A stretch of 42,252 nt of DNA from Bacteroidales bacterium (GCA_007129355.1 SKVR01000061.1:1-42252), one strand, 5' to 3'. Positions 8,337 to 18,558 are shown, numbered from the stretch's first letter. Program-made: numbers and translations. Notes: generated by a model from the letters alone, not told the origin.

Positions 8337-10187
8337 ATGAATCTATTTTCATTACTTTCTTTCATTTCTTTCATTCTGTTTCTCCAGGCAGGTGTTTATG
8401 TGCTGTTTAAGAACAGCCGACCTTTGCTTAACCGGGTATTTGTGTTATTATCTTTCCTTTTTGCATTGTATGCACTGAGTTATAATTTATTTTTCAATGC
8501 AGAAACTCTGGAAGAAGTCTATCTTTATGACAGAATTGCATCTCCTGGTTGGGTATTCTTTCCCATTATATCAGTGTGGTTTTCTATTCTAATTACTAAC
8601 AATAAATCTTACGTTGTTCGCTTAATTTGCTATCTCTTTCTTTTGCCGATAGCCTTGTTTTCTTTTTATATAGCCCTTACCGATCTGGAGTCTGTAAAAC
8701 TATTTTACTATCAGAATGAAAACTGGTTTTATACTCCCTATGATCACACTTTGGCCTATATGCTTTTTATAGCATATCTCACTGTTAGTGTTCTGGTTAT
8801 GTATTTTGTACTTATAGGATGGTATTACTCTGCAGATAGCAATAGACAAAAGATGCAAGCCAAAATTATGCTGGCGGCATTATCCGTTTTCTTTGTGATT
8901 TCATTTTTAACCAACCTGGTCCTTCCGGTTATTCAGTTGGATATTTTACCAGCCCTTGCACCTATAAATGCTATAGTTCTTCTAGGTGGTATGTTTCTTA
9001 CTCTTACCCTTCAGCCGAAGGTTTATATAGCCAAGGAACTGATTTATAACCTGATTAACCTGCATGTTAAAGAGTTTGTTTTCATGTTGAATAAGGATCT
9101 CGAGATTTTTTCGGCTAATCAGTATTCTCTTAATCAGTTGAAATATAATCCTTACAGTCTGCAGAAAAAAGATCCTAATTTGATTTTTTCCGATTATAAT
9201 AAAATCATTCAGACGATTCAAAGAATGAATAAAAGAGATGATTTTCCACAAATAAGAATGGATCTATTAAGCATTGAGCGCAAATCAATACCTGTTTTAT
9301 TATCGATTATTAAGGTTAGAAATTCTTTCAGGAGGGTTGAAGGTTATGCGCTTGTTTGTACGAATTACAGGCAAAAACTTAAACTGAAAGAAGAAATTGC
9401 GGAGCGTGTTCGCACTGAAAAGAACTTGTATCAGATAAGAAAGGAACTTGAGTTTTTGGTAAAAAAGCGCACTCACGAATTACAGGAAGCCAACCAAAGG
9501 CTGCAACAGGAAGTAATTGAAAGAAAACGGGCTGAACAGCAAATAAAGGCGGATCTGGAGCAAAAAATTGAACTTGTGCAGGAGGTACATCACAGGGTCA
9601 AAAATAATATCCAGATGATTATTTCATTAATTAATATGCTTTGTAGCCATCCTGTCATTGACAGTCAAACATCTGATCATTTGAGAGACATAGCTGAGAA
9701 GGTAAGGTATATCTCAAGGTTACATGAAGATTTTTACGCATCACCCAATCTTTCCAGAATTGCTTTTTCTCCCTATTTGAAAAAAATCATTGGCGAGCTC
9801 TACAGTAATTATGGAAACAGTTCGGAAATAGTTTTTAAATTGAATATTGCTGATGAATTTCTTGAAATTAATCAAGCCATTCCGCTTGGAATAATTTTCA
9901 ACGAACTTCTTATCAACGCAATGAAGTATGCTTTTATGGATGAAACCGGGCCTGATGAAAAATCAGTAATCCGTGTGGAGTTTTTTAAGAAAAGTGGAAA
10001 AGTTACCCTGATTGTAAAAGATAACGGAGTTGGATTGCCACTGGGATTCAACCTTGTACACTCAGGTAATGTTGGTCTGAAGCTGGTACGTATTCTTGCC
10101 AAAGATCATTTAAGAGGTGAAATTGAAAGCTCTGTTAATCATGGTACACGTTTTAAAGTAACTTTTGATGAGAATTTGATTACCTGA
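8337..10187 (+). CDS. Membrane sensor histidine kinase: HisKA_7TM-like sensor, PAS-like region, HisKA_2/HWE-type core, HATPase
   Basis: About seven hydrophobic N-terminal segments, coiled coil VKKRTHEL, H-box EVHHRVKNN, N-box NELLINAMKYAF and G1 DNGVG. Confidence 0.9.
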   Translation: MNLFSLLSFISFILFLQAGVYVLFKNSRPLLNRVFVLLSFLFALYALSYNLFFNAETLEEVYLYDRIASPGWVFFPIISVWFSILITNNKSYVVRLICYLFLLPIALFSFYIALTDLESVKLFYYQNENWFYTPYDHTLAYMLFIAYLTVSVLVMYFVLIGWYYSADSNRQKMQAKIMLAALSVFFVISFLTNLVLPVIQLDILPALAPINAIVLLGGMFLTLTLQPKVYIAKELIYNLINLHVKEFVFMLNKDLEIFSANQYSLNQLKYNPYSLQKKDPNLIFSDYNKIIQTIQRMNKRDDFPQIRMDLLSIERKSIPVLLSIIKVRNSFRRVEGYALVCTNYRQKLKLKEEIAERVRTEKNLYQIRKELEFLVKKRTHELQEANQRLQQEVIERKRAEQQIKADLEQKIELVQEVHHRVKNNIQMIISLINMLCSHPVIDSQTSDHLRDIAEKVRYISRLHEDFYASPNLSRIAFSPYLKKIIGELYSNYGNSSEIVFKLNIADEFLEINQAIPLGIIFNELLINAMKYAFMDETGPDEKSVIRVEFFKKSGKVTLIVKDNGVGLPLGFNLVHSGNVGLKLVRILAKDHLRGEIESSVNHGTRFKVTFDENLIT

Positions 10188-10205
10188 TGATATTTTTTAA
10201 TTGAT

Positions 10206-12062
10206 ATGAATATATTATCGCTGCTATCGGTTTTTGTTTTCCTGTTGTATTTACAGCTGGGCATCTATGTGCTACATAAAAACCGCACATCACGGATCAA
10301 TCAAATCTTTTTTGGCTTAACTCTGTGTTTTGCCATATGGGCGTTTTCGTATATTTTCGTTTACTCGGCAGAAACAGCTGATGAGGCCGCTTACTGGGAT
10401 ACCATTGCATCGCTGGGTTATGCCCTATTTCCCGCCCCGATGGTTTTGTTCTATCTGAAGATCTGTAATTGCTGGCGCGACTTTTTAACCAATAAAATTA
10501 TTTTTGGAACATTGATTTCAATTGGTTTGTTGCTGGTATTTGGCAACTTTGCCGATATTTGGAAAGCTGAAGAAATTGTTAGAGGGCCTTACGCATGGCA
10601 CTTTAAACACAGCGGGGGTAATTTTTTCTATTTCCTGTTTTATTTCTACCTGGCAGTTGCGGCATTCCTGTCCTTTTATGTTCTCATACGATGGAGAATG
10701 AAAATTACCGAGCCTTATGATAAGAAACAGTTTAATTTACTTTTTTACCCACTTTTGTTATTTCTGATTCTGGGTATTAATTTTGACATTGTAATGCCTA
10801 ACTTCAATACAGGTAGTTTGCCCAACCTTGGCCATTTCTCTTCCCTGCCATGGATTGCCGGAGTTGCATTTACCATCACACGATTTCACCTGCTCGGAAA
10901 TCAGAGTCATCTGATGTCGGAACAGATCATAAGAGAGATCAGGGAAATTGTTATTTTTACCGATACAGATTACAAGATAATCAGGTCAAATAAGTTTACC
11001 ATTAACTTACTGGGTAATACAAATTATGAGCTTACAGGGAAAAACCTGTTTGAATTCACAAATAACCCGGCAATTCTGAAAGGATACCTTCTAAAATGCA
11101 AAGAGAAAAAGCAAATTGGACCCATTGGTATTACTCTCATGAATACAGCCAATGATTCTATTGAATCCAGTTTGAATTTTTTGGCAATAAAGGATCCGTT
11201 CAATGATTTGAAGGGCTTTATTATTTACGGGCATGATAACCGTGAAGCACTCAACCTGCAAAAAGAGATCTTTATAAGGCAGCACGCTGAAAAAAACCTG
11301 CGAACCATTAGTGAAGTTCTGGAAACCCGCGTGAAGGAAAGAACCGAAGAACTAGCTAAATCCTACAAGGAATTGCAGGTTAAAATGACTGAGCGTATGC
11401 GGGTTGAAGAACAAATTAAGTCTGATATTGCTGAAAAGGAAGTTTTGATCAATGAAATACATAACAGGGTTAAGAACAATATGAATATTATCATTTCACT
11501 GATCAAGGCCCAGGATAAAAAAAATACCAGTGCGGCAGCATCGCAAAAGTTCAAAGAGCTGGCGCAGAGAGTTAATAGTCTTCTGCTGGTGCATCAGAAT
11601 CTATATTTATCAATCAATTATTCAGATGTTGATTTTGGTACTTTTCTTAAAACCATTGCCAATGATTTGATGATCTTTCATAAGCGGCAGGGAAAGGTTG
11701 AATTAAGATTGGATGTATCGGATGTTTTCCTGGATGTAGATTATGCCATTCCCATGGGTATTATCGTTAATGAGTTAATCAGTAATTCATTGATGCATGG
11801 CTTCTCAAATTATTATCTGAAAAAACACAACGACAAACAGCATATCCTTCATATTGGTTATTCTTACGATAAAGGGTATTATGAAATTGATATAAGCGAC
11901 AACGGAAAAGGACTTTCGAAAGATTTTGATATTTCATCACTCATGACAAATGGGCTTCCACTGGTTGAAATTCTTGTTAATGATCAAATAAACGGGAAAA
12001 TTGATGTTTTTTCATCAAAAGAAGGTTCTATGTTTAAAATTACTTTCCTTGCAACAAAATAA
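10206..12062 (+). CDS. Paralogous 7TM-HisKA_2 kinase-like protein with an altered H-box (possible pseudokinase)
   Basis: Same architecture and near-identical length to the preceding gene. H-box EIHNRVKNN, N-box NELISNSLMHGF and G1 DNGKG. Confidence 0.88.
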   Translation: MNILSLLSVFVFLLYLQLGIYVLHKNRTSRINQIFFGLTLCFAIWAFSYIFVYSAETADEAAYWDTIASLGYALFPAPMVLFYLKICNCWRDFLTNKIIFGTLISIGLLLVFGNFADIWKAEEIVRGPYAWHFKHSGGNFFYFLFYFYLAVAAFLSFYVLIRWRMKITEPYDKKQFNLLFYPLLLFLILGINFDIVMPNFNTGSLPNLGHFSSLPWIAGVAFTITRFHLLGNQSHLMSEQIIREIREIVIFTDTDYKIIRSNKFTINLLGNTNYELTGKNLFEFTNNPAILKGYLLKCKEKKQIGPIGITLMNTANDSIESSLNFLAIKDPFNDLKGFIIYGHDNREALNLQKEIFIRQHAEKNLRTISEVLETRVKERTEELAKSYKELQVKMTERMRVEEQIKSDIAEKEVLINEIHNRVKNNMNIIISLIKAQDKKNTSAAASQKFKELAQRVNSLLLVHQNLYLSINYSDVDFGTFLKTIANDLMIFHKRQGKVELRLDVSDVFLDVDYAIPMGIIVNELISNSLMHGFSNYYLKKHNDKQHILHIGYSYDKGYYEIDISDNGKGLSKDFDISSLMTNGLPLVEILVNDQINGKIDVFSSKEGSMFKITFLATK

Positions 12063-12101
12063 AGTAATTTTAATAGCTGAAACATCTAAATAAATTTTGA
12101 T

Positions 12102-12521
12102 ATGAAAAGAGAAATCTCAGTTGATTGGATTGATGGTCTCGCCTTTGACACAGTTCTCGATGGTCACAAAATAACTATTGACGGCCCTGAAGAAAGCGGT
12201 GGTAAAAACAAAGGGGCAAGACCCAAACCCTTTATGTTATTGGCATTGGCAGGTTGTACCGGTATGGATGTTGTATCCATTCTAAAAAAAATGAAGGTAG
12301 ATATAAAAGGGTTGAACATCAAAGTTGAAGGGGATATGGAAGAGGAGATTCCCAAAACATTCCTTTCCATGCACGTTATTTATACTTTTAAGGGTGATGA
12401 TCTGCCCGTGGATAAACTCGAAAAAGCTGTGGAGCTTTCCAAAGAAAAGTACTGTGGAGTAAGTGCAATGCTGAAAAAGGTAATTCCGATTACCTATGAA
12501 ATTATAACTGAATCAGCCTGA
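12102..12521 (+). CDS. OsmC/YhfA family protein
   Basis: GARP..LLALAGCTGMDV and EKYCGVS, the two conserved Cys of the family. Confidence 0.9.
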   Translation: MKREISVDWIDGLAFDTVLDGHKITIDGPEESGGKNKGARPKPFMLLALAGCTGMDVVSILKKMKVDIKGLNIKVEGDMEEEIPKTFLSMHVIYTFKGDDLPVDKLEKAVELSKEKYCGVSAMLKKVIPITYEIITESA

Positions 12522-12553
12522 CATTTTCCGGAAGCCATTATTCTGAAAGAGTT

Positions 12554-13840
12554 TCATCCCGGACTGTTGACCTGTTTTATCAGGTTTAATCCAATGGCAC
12601 AACTCAAGCATTTTTTCGGAGTGCAGTAATATTTCTTCAATTCTATGAGTGCCTGACTCTCACCTGCATTTGCCGGTTTTATCCCAAGGCCTTCCCAGTT
12701 TTTTATAATATGGTTTTCTTCGGGGGGCAAGGTGGTTAAAAGTTGTATTGCCCTGTCTTTTATTTCGGGTTTAATGTTTTCTGTTCCGTAAACAAACATA
12801 AGGGGTGCAATGGTATTAACGATGATATTAAAAACTGCAGATTCACCCAGTTTCTTTATTCTGCTCGATGATGATTTGTCGAACTGATAATGGTTCTTCC
12901 AGTAAGGTGATGATTTGATATCAAGCATATGCTTGATATCATTAACAGAATTGCTTTGAATCAGTTTGCTGAACAACCCCGATGATTGATGAATAAGTTT
13001 TGCAAACTGAGCAATTCTTATGGTAGGAAAGTTGGATGGACGCAACTTGCCAAATTTCCACAAAGATTTATCCATGGGTTCAAGTTTGTACTTATGCCGG
13101 AGAAACTCGTATTCTTTTTTTAAAACACTTGGGTATGCATCTTTAAATTCCGCCTGAAGCATTCCGGCCTGGCCGAAAAGCAGAGCTTCCACCTGTGTAA
13201 GATCATCTTTATGGCGTGCAAGTATTAGATAAGGGGTTTTTTGTGACAGGAGAGCAAAGGGATCAGCGTTAATTTTAAAACCAAAGTTCCGGGCCAGGAA
13301 ATAGTAAAAAGTCTGTTCCCAATTATTTTCAAAATATTCATAAAATTTCCGTATCTCCGATGATTTGTTTTCAAGTCTTTCTACAAGGAGCCTGCTCAGC
13401 CAGTTCATAACGATAAGACTATCAGCACTGTCGAGAAAGCCCGCACAGGGAATCCACGTTTTTGAACCCACAATTCTTTCATATGTGCTGAGAAGTGCAC
13501 TGTCAAAAAATTTCCTGACTTCAAAAACCGGAACCAGTTTACCTCGCTTATCGGTTATTTCTTTATCATGGTGCATTACCACGTGCAAAATAATATTGGA
13601 GTATGCATCATCATGCTGATGTTTATGTTTGTACCAGTCGCTGCTGTTTACATGTATTTCAACATTGCCGGCCCATAGTGTGCCATCAATTTTTATCCTG
13701 GCAGCCGAAAAATCAGGGCCTGAGTTGATATTACTGCTGCCCGGATAGATAATATGCAAACTATGTCCATCAGTTGTTAAAAGCTCCGGTGCATTAAAGA
13801 GACGGTATTGCCAGAGAAAGTGAATAAATTCCTCTTTCAT
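12554..13840 (-). CDS. DUF2851 family protein
   Basis: MKEEFIHFLWQY, GPDF, WAGNVEIH, NIILHVV, RPSNFPTIR and C-terminal C..KKCLSCAIG, typical of this Bacteroidota family. Confidence 0.88.
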   Translation of the reverse strand: MKEEFIHFLWQYRLFNAPELLTTDGHSLHIIYPGSSNINSGPDFSAARIKIDGTLWAGNVEIHVNSSDWYKHKHQHDDAYSNIILHVVMHHDKEITDKRGKLVPVFEVRKFFDSALLSTYERIVGSKTWIPCAGFLDSADSLIVMNWLSRLLVERLENKSSEIRKFYEYFENNWEQTFYYFLARNFGFKINADPFALLSQKTPYLILARHKDDLTQVEALLFGQAGMLQAEFKDAYPSVLKKEYEFLRHKYKLEPMDKSLWKFGKLRPSNFPTIRIAQFAKLIHQSSGLFSKLIQSNSVNDIKHMLDIKSSPYWKNHYQFDKSSSSRIKKLGESAVFNIIVNTIAPLMFVYGTENIKPEIKDRAIQLLTTLPPEENHIIKNWEGLGIKPANAGESQALIELKKYYCTPKKCLSCAIGLNLIKQVNSPG

Positions 13841-14095
13841 AATAATATAAATTTTGTTTTTTCAGGAAACTTTTATCTTTCAAAGGTTGTTATTTAAGTA
13901 AAGGGTATAGTTTTCAAAGAACTAATAAAAAAATGCATAAACACAAGTGAATGATTCATGACATAAAAACATTGGTTACAACAATACTTACCTAAATATA
14001 GAAATTTATTATTAATTATAAAAATACTTCGGCAAATAGTTGTGGTATGAGGCTCTCAAAATTCAAAAATTATTATTACTTTAACCGAAAAATAT

Positions 14096-14103
14096 TACTT
14101 TTG
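14096..14103 (+). promoter_or_regulatory. -7 promoter box for the zapB-like/zapA/6S/rny unit
   Basis: TACTTTTG, 30 nt upstream of ATG 14134. Confidence 0.55.
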
Positions 14104-14133
14104 TAATAGGAACAAGACTAATATCTGAACATA

Positions 14134-14418
14134 ATGGAAATCTTGCCCCTGGTTGTAGAAGGAATAGAAAACAAGATTAAAAAGCTAATCTTTCGCAATC
14201 AGCAGTTGCAAAAAGAGAATCAGGATTTAAAAAACGAGCGTTCTCTGCAGGAAGAAAAAATCCGGCAACTAACTGCAAAAGTCCATGAGCTTGATGATCA
14301 GATGAATAAGTTGAAAGTTTCTAAAGTTTTGACGGGAAAAGATAATTTGCAGGCCCGTCATCAAATAAACGAACTACTGCGGGAAATAGAAAAGTGTTAT
14401 ACACTATTAAACAGATAG
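14134..14418 (+). CDS. Small coiled-coil protein, ZapB-like
   Basis: 94-aa heptad-rich sequence ending INELLREIEKC, directly upstream of zapA. Confidence 0.7.
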   Translation: MEILPLVVEGIENKIKKLIFRNQQLQKENQDLKNERSLQEEKIRQLTAKVHELDDQMNKLKVSKVLTGKDNLQARHQINELLREIEKCYTLLNR

Positions 14419-14434
14419 CCGCAATTGATTATTG

Positions 14435-14725
14435 ATGAAAGGACAACATATATCGGTTATAATTGCTGACAGGCCATACAGGCTAAAAGTTAGTAATGAA
14501 ACAGAAGAAATAGAATTCAGAAGGGCAGGAGAGTTTATAAATGAAAAGATTAAAGAATATGCAAACCATTTCGCCTTCAGAGACAAGCAGGATTTGCTTG
14601 CCATGGTTGTATTGCAGTTTGCTGTAGATGTTGTAAGATCTGAAGAATCATCAAAGTACCAGCAGGAATTGGGAGAAAAGCTCTCAGATTTGGAAACAAT
14701 GCTGGATGACTATCTGAAAAAGTAA
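14435..14725 (+). CDS. zapA: Cell division protein ZapA
   Basis: ISVIIADRPYRL, EEIEFRRA and DKQDLLAMVVLQF followed by a coiled coil; zapA-6S-rny context. ATG 14435 preferred over TTG 14432. Confidence 0.9.
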   Translation: MKGQHISVIIADRPYRLKVSNETEEIEFRRAGEFINEKIKEYANHFAFRDKQDLLAMVVLQFAVDVVRSEESSKYQQELGEKLSDLETMLDDYLKK

Positions 14726-14754
14726 AAATCGTTCTTTGAAAAAAATATTGCTAT

Positions 14755-14957
14755 ACCCGCATTAATTCAATACACGTTTTTGAAACTCAACATTAAAAAC
14801 ATTTGGGGAATAGCTCGGTTAATTAAGAACAGGCCTCATTTATCATGATTCGTCATGGTAAAATCGCTTCGGCGATCATTGGACGTTCGATGTTTTCCGG
14901 CCTCCTCATCCATGTATAATTGGGGTTTCATATAAACCTCCTGAATTAATTGCGGGT
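14755..14957 (+). ncRNA. ssrS: 6S RNA-like non-coding RNA
   Basis: Closing stem ACCCGCATTAATTCA (14755-14769)/TGAATTAATTGCGGGT (14942-14957). Unpaired central bubble (14770-14780/14931-14941). Inner stem TGAAACTCAA (14781-14790)/TTGGGGTTTCA (14920-14930). Lies right after zapA, the usual ssrS position. Confidence 0.8.
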
Positions 14958-14998
14958 TTTTTTTAAACAATTCATTAATAATTATAATCAGACACCAT

Positions 14999-16540
14999 AT
15001 GAATATAATCACTATTGTTGTTATTGCCCTGGTTTCTGTTAGTACCGGTATCGTGGCTTCTGCGACTTTTTTACGCAGAGCTCTGGAGAAGAAAAGCCAG
15101 CAGATACTTAAAGATGCTAAAACAGAAGCTGAGGTCATAAAAAAGGAAAAAATGCTTCAGGCTAAGGAGAAATTCCTTCAGCTAAAATCGGAGCATGAGA
15201 AATATGTTTCGGAAAAGAACGGCCAGATTGCTGCAGATGAAAATCGCCTGAAGCAAAAGGAATCAACTGTTTCACAGAAGATGGAAGAGTTAGGGCGCAA
15301 ACAAAATGAAGTGGCCCTTATCAGAGAAAACCTCAACCAGCAGCTCGAAATTGTAAATAAAAAGCAGGTTGATCTTGACAAAATATATAAAAATCAACTG
15401 GAAAAACTGGAATCTATTAGTGGAATGTCAGCAGATGAAGCCAAATCACAGCTGATTGAAACTCTTAAAGAAGAAGCACAATCCGATGCCCAGACTTACA
15501 TCAAGGACATTATGGAGGAAGCCCGTATCAGTGCCAACAAAGAAGCACGTAAAATTGTGGTTCAGTCTATTCAACGCACTGCCACAGAAGTTGCCATTGA
15601 AAACTCCGTGTCAGTATTCCCAATTGAAAATGATGAAATCAAGGGCCGGGTTATTGGCCGCGAAGGCCGTAATATTCGGGCACTCGAAGCTGCAACCGGT
15701 GTAGAAATCATCGTTGATGATACTCCGGAAGCTATCATCCTGAGTGGTTTTGACCCCGTAAGACGTGAAATCGCACGTCTATCGCTGCATAAACTCGTAA
15801 CCGACGGACGAATTCACCCTGCACGTATTGAAGAAGTAGTAGCCAAAACCAAGAAACAGATTGATCAGGAGATCATGGAAATTGGTAAACGGACTACTAT
15901 TGACCTGGGTATTCATGGCATGCACCATGAATTGATTCGCCTGGTGGGTAAAATGAAATATCGCTCATCATACGGACAAAACCTGCTGCAACACTCCAAA
16001 GAAGTAGCCAACCTTGCTGCAACCATGGCTTCTGAACTGGGTCTGAATCCCAAACTTGCCAAGAGAGCTGCTCTGCTACACGATATAGGAAAAGTTCCTG
16101 ATAATGAGCCTGATCTGCCACACGCCATTCTGGGTATGAAACTGGCAGAAAAGTATAAAGAGAAACCCGAGATATGTAATGCCATTGGTTCCCACCATGA
16201 GGAAGTTGAGATGGATAATCTTATTTCGCCCATCATTCAGGTTTGTGATGCCATTTCAGGTGCAAGACCCGGTGCAAGGAGAGAAGTTGTTGAAGCTTAC
16301 ATCAAGCGTTTGAATGATCTGGAAGAGCTTGCTCTTTCCTATCCCGGAGTTGTGAAAACTTATGCCATTCAGGCAGGACGTGAGCTCAGGGTTATAGTAG
16401 GAAGCGAGAAGATCACCGATAAGGAAGCTGAACAGATTTCATACGATCTTTCCAAAAAGATTCAAACTGAAATGACCTATCCCGGACAAATCAAAATTAC
16501 AGTTATCAGAGAAACCCGGGCTGTTGCTTTTGCTAAATAA
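14999..16540 (+). CDS. rny: Ribonuclease Y
   Basis: N-terminal TM helix, coiled coil, KH domain ([13 protein letters not shown]), HD motif (LLHDIGK) and C-terminal [11 protein letters not shown]. Confidence 0.97.
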   Translation: MNIITIVVIALVSVSTGIVASATFLRRALEKKSQQILKDAKTEAEVIKKEKMLQAKEKFLQLKSEHEKYVSEKNGQIAADENRLKQKESTVSQKMEELGRKQNEVALIRENLNQQLEIVNKKQVDLDKIYKNQLEKLESISGMSADEAKSQLIETLKEEAQSDAQTYIKDIMEEARISANKEARKIVVQSIQRTATEVAIENSVSVFPIENDEIKGRVIGREGRNIRALEAATGVEIIVDDTPEAIILSGFDPVRREIARLSLHKLVTDGRIHPARIEEVVAKTKKQIDQEIMEIGKRTTIDLGIHGMHHELIRLVGKMKYRSSYGQNLLQHSKEVANLAATMASELGLNPKLAKRAALLHDIGKVPDNEPDLPHAILGMKLAEKYKEKPEICNAIGSHHEEVEMDNLISPIIQVCDAISGARPGARREVVEAYIKRLNDLEELALSYPGVVKTYAIQAGRELRVIVGSEKITDKEAEQISYDLSKKIQTEMTYPGQIKITVIRETRAVAFAK

Positions 16541-16563
16541 TAAATTTTCAATTTTTTAATGAC

Positions 16564-16594
16564 GGCCATTCCTGCATAAGGGATGGCCTTTTTT
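16564..16594 (+). terminator. Intrinsic terminator after rny
   Basis: Stem GGCCATTCCT/AGGGATGGCC followed by TTTTTT. Confidence 0.85.
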
Positions 16595-16776
16595 GATTTG
16601 ATGTTAAAATAACTCAATTTCTGTTGGGTCTAGAACCTTAATGTAATTAAATTTGTTACTCAACTGTTTAAATTGTTTAATTGCTAAATAATTGCATTTA
16701 TGATAATTTACAACAATATACAAGTTTATTGAATCAATATTTCTTATATTTACATAGAACAAAACAGATTACGATC

Positions 16777-17271
16777 ATGAGAAATATGCGAGTTTTCCTT
16801 TCCCTGTTAATAGTTTTGTTCATTTCCCATACACTGGTTGCATCGAAATCCGATCATCTTACAGTTTTTAATTTTGAAGAATTTGAGCACTGGCTTTACA
16901 AAGAAACCGATTCTATCTATGTGATAAATTTCTGGGCCACATGGTGTGCGCCCTGTGTTAAGGAAATTCCGGATTTTGAAAAACTTTATGAAAAATATAA
17001 AACCGATAAGGTTAAAGTGTTATTTGTAAGTCTTGATTTTCCGGCGCATATAGAAAATCGTGTTATTCCCTTTATCAAAAGAATGAATATGCAGGCCCAG
17101 GTAATTCTTTTGGACGATCCACGATCGAACCGCTGGATACCCAAGGTAAGCGATGAGTGGACCGGTGCTATTCCTGCCACCCTTGTGTATACCCGCGATT
17201 TCAGGCAGTTTTATGAAAGAGAATTTAAATTTGATGAACTGGAGGAAATAATTATTCCTTTGTTGAAATAA
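16777..17271 (+). CDS. TlpA/ResA-like exported disulfide reductase
   Basis: INFWATWCAPC.KEIP and cis-Pro GAIPAT. A signal peptide follows ATG 16777; the track's TTG 16681 start is probably too long. Confidence 0.9.
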   Translation: MRNMRVFLSLLIVLFISHTLVASKSDHLTVFNFEEFEHWLYKETDSIYVINFWATWCAPCVKEIPDFEKLYEKYKTDKVKVLFVSLDFPAHIENRVIPFIKRMNMQAQVILLDDPRSNRWIPKVSDEWTGAIPATLVYTRDFRQFYEREFKFDELEEIIIPLLK

Positions 17272-17293
17272 ACTGATTATAAACCAAAATCTT

Positions 17294-17899
17294 ATGAAAA
17301 TGAAAAAGTTAGGAATTTTACTTAGTGTAATGTTTTTCGCTGTGGCAACTATGGCCCAGGGTTATGAAATTGGTGATAAAGTAAAAGATTTTCACCTAAA
17401 GAATGTTGATGGAAGCCACGTGTCTATGGCTGATTTTCCCGATGCTAATGGATTCATCATTATTTTCTCATGCAACCACTGCCCTTATGTAGTAGCTTAT
17501 GAGGACAGGATGATTGAAATTCACAATGAGTTTGCTCCACATGGGTTCCCGGTCATTGCCATTAATCCCAATGACACCATTGCCGAACCCAGAGATTCAT
17601 TCACCAATATGAAGGTGCGTGCCAAAGAGAAAGGTTTTCCTTTCCCTTACGTAATTGATGCAGACCAGAGTGTTTATCCTAAATTTGGTGCAACACGTAC
17701 CCCGCACATTTTTCTCTTAAAAAGAGACGGTGCTGATTTGAGAGTTGCTTACATTGGCGCAATTGATGACAATTTCCGCGATGCATCTGCAGTTGAAGAG
17801 CGTTTCCTTGCCAATGCAATCCATGCTGTTCAAAGGGGTGAAACTCCTGAGCCCGCGGTTACCAGGGCTATAGGTTGTACAATCAAAACAAGAAACTAA
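17294..17899 (+). CDS. Exported thioredoxin-family (AhpC/TSA-like, peroxiredoxin-like) protein
   Basis: Signal peptide, FSCNHCPYV, GATRTP, YIGAIDD and C-terminal AIGCTIK. Confidence 0.9.
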   Translation: MKMKKLGILLSVMFFAVATMAQGYEIGDKVKDFHLKNVDGSHVSMADFPDANGFIIIFSCNHCPYVVAYEDRMIEIHNEFAPHGFPVIAINPNDTIAEPRDSFTNMKVRAKEKGFPFPYVIDADQSVYPKFGATRTPHIFLLKRDGADLRVAYIGAIDDNFRDASAVEERFLANAIHAVQRGETPEPAVTRAIGCTIKTRN

Positions 17900-17953
17900 T
17901 ACCAATAAGTCGGTGTGTGACTCAGAGAATCGCCCCGACTTTCAGTTCCCAGC

Positions 17954-17992
17954 AGCCGGAGTGTGTCTTTAAGTCACACTCCGGCTTTTTTT
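17954..17992 (+). terminator. Intrinsic terminator after the thioredoxin pair
   Basis: 12-bp perfect stem AGCCGGAGTGTG (17954-17965)/CACACTCCGGCT (17975-17986) plus a T run. Confidence 0.85.
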
Positions 17993-18010
17993 AGTATAAT
18001 ACCCTGACAA

Positions 18011-18466
18011 TTAATTTTCACGCATAACATGCTCGTCATACTCAACCTCAAAGCGTAGTTTGTGTTTTGATTCTTCTACTGCCAGGTTCTGAAATACGGC
18101 TTTAATATCCGGATTTTCTGTTCTGCTTGCCAGGTTGGTGTATAGTTTAAAAGCGGCCTTTTCTTTCTTCATGGCCAATACCAGTGCATCGGCATATTTC
18201 ATATCGGGCGATGGTTTGGCACTTACCACGTAATCTGATATCTGCAAGTCCTGCACTTTTTCATCCGACAAGTCAAATAGCCTCTCATCCTTGATCTTTT
18301 GCAGCCGGGCTTTATGGCCTACTTCTTCCTTTGCAAACTGAAGGAACGTTTCACGCATTTCCTGGTTTTTCATGGTAGTAGCAAGATGATTGTAAAAGTC
18401 TACCGCTTCCTGTTCCGACTTCATAGCAAAATCGAGGACTTCATCAATGGTTTTGAATTTTTCCAT
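18011..18466 (-). CDS. Ferritin-like/rubrerythrin family di-iron protein without a rubredoxin domain
   Basis: Two repeats of A...E..A..FY...A followed by EExxH (EEVGH, EESKH). Confidence 0.9.
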   Translation of the reverse strand: MEKFKTIDEVLDFAMKSEQEAVDFYNHLATTMKNQEMRETFLQFAKEEVGHKARLQKIKDERLFDLSDEKVQDLQISDYVVSAKPSPDMKYADALVLAMKKEKAAFKLYTNLASRTENPDIKAVFQNLAVEESKHKLRFEVEYDEHVMREN

Positions 18467-18558
18467 GGTATTGTTTTTTTTAAAAGAACGTCGATCGGGA
18501 GTATTGGGTGAGGTCCATTACACTTACCCGTATCTCAATAAAATCTTATTAATTTTTT

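Noticed and set aside
8141-8374. 77-aa minus-strand ORF between trxB and the first kinase
   Set aside because: Low-complexity AT-rich sequence overlapping the kinase start, with no motif support.
14836-15138. 100-aa minus-strand ORF
   Set aside because: It is antisense to the 6S-like RNA and rny, which explain the region better.
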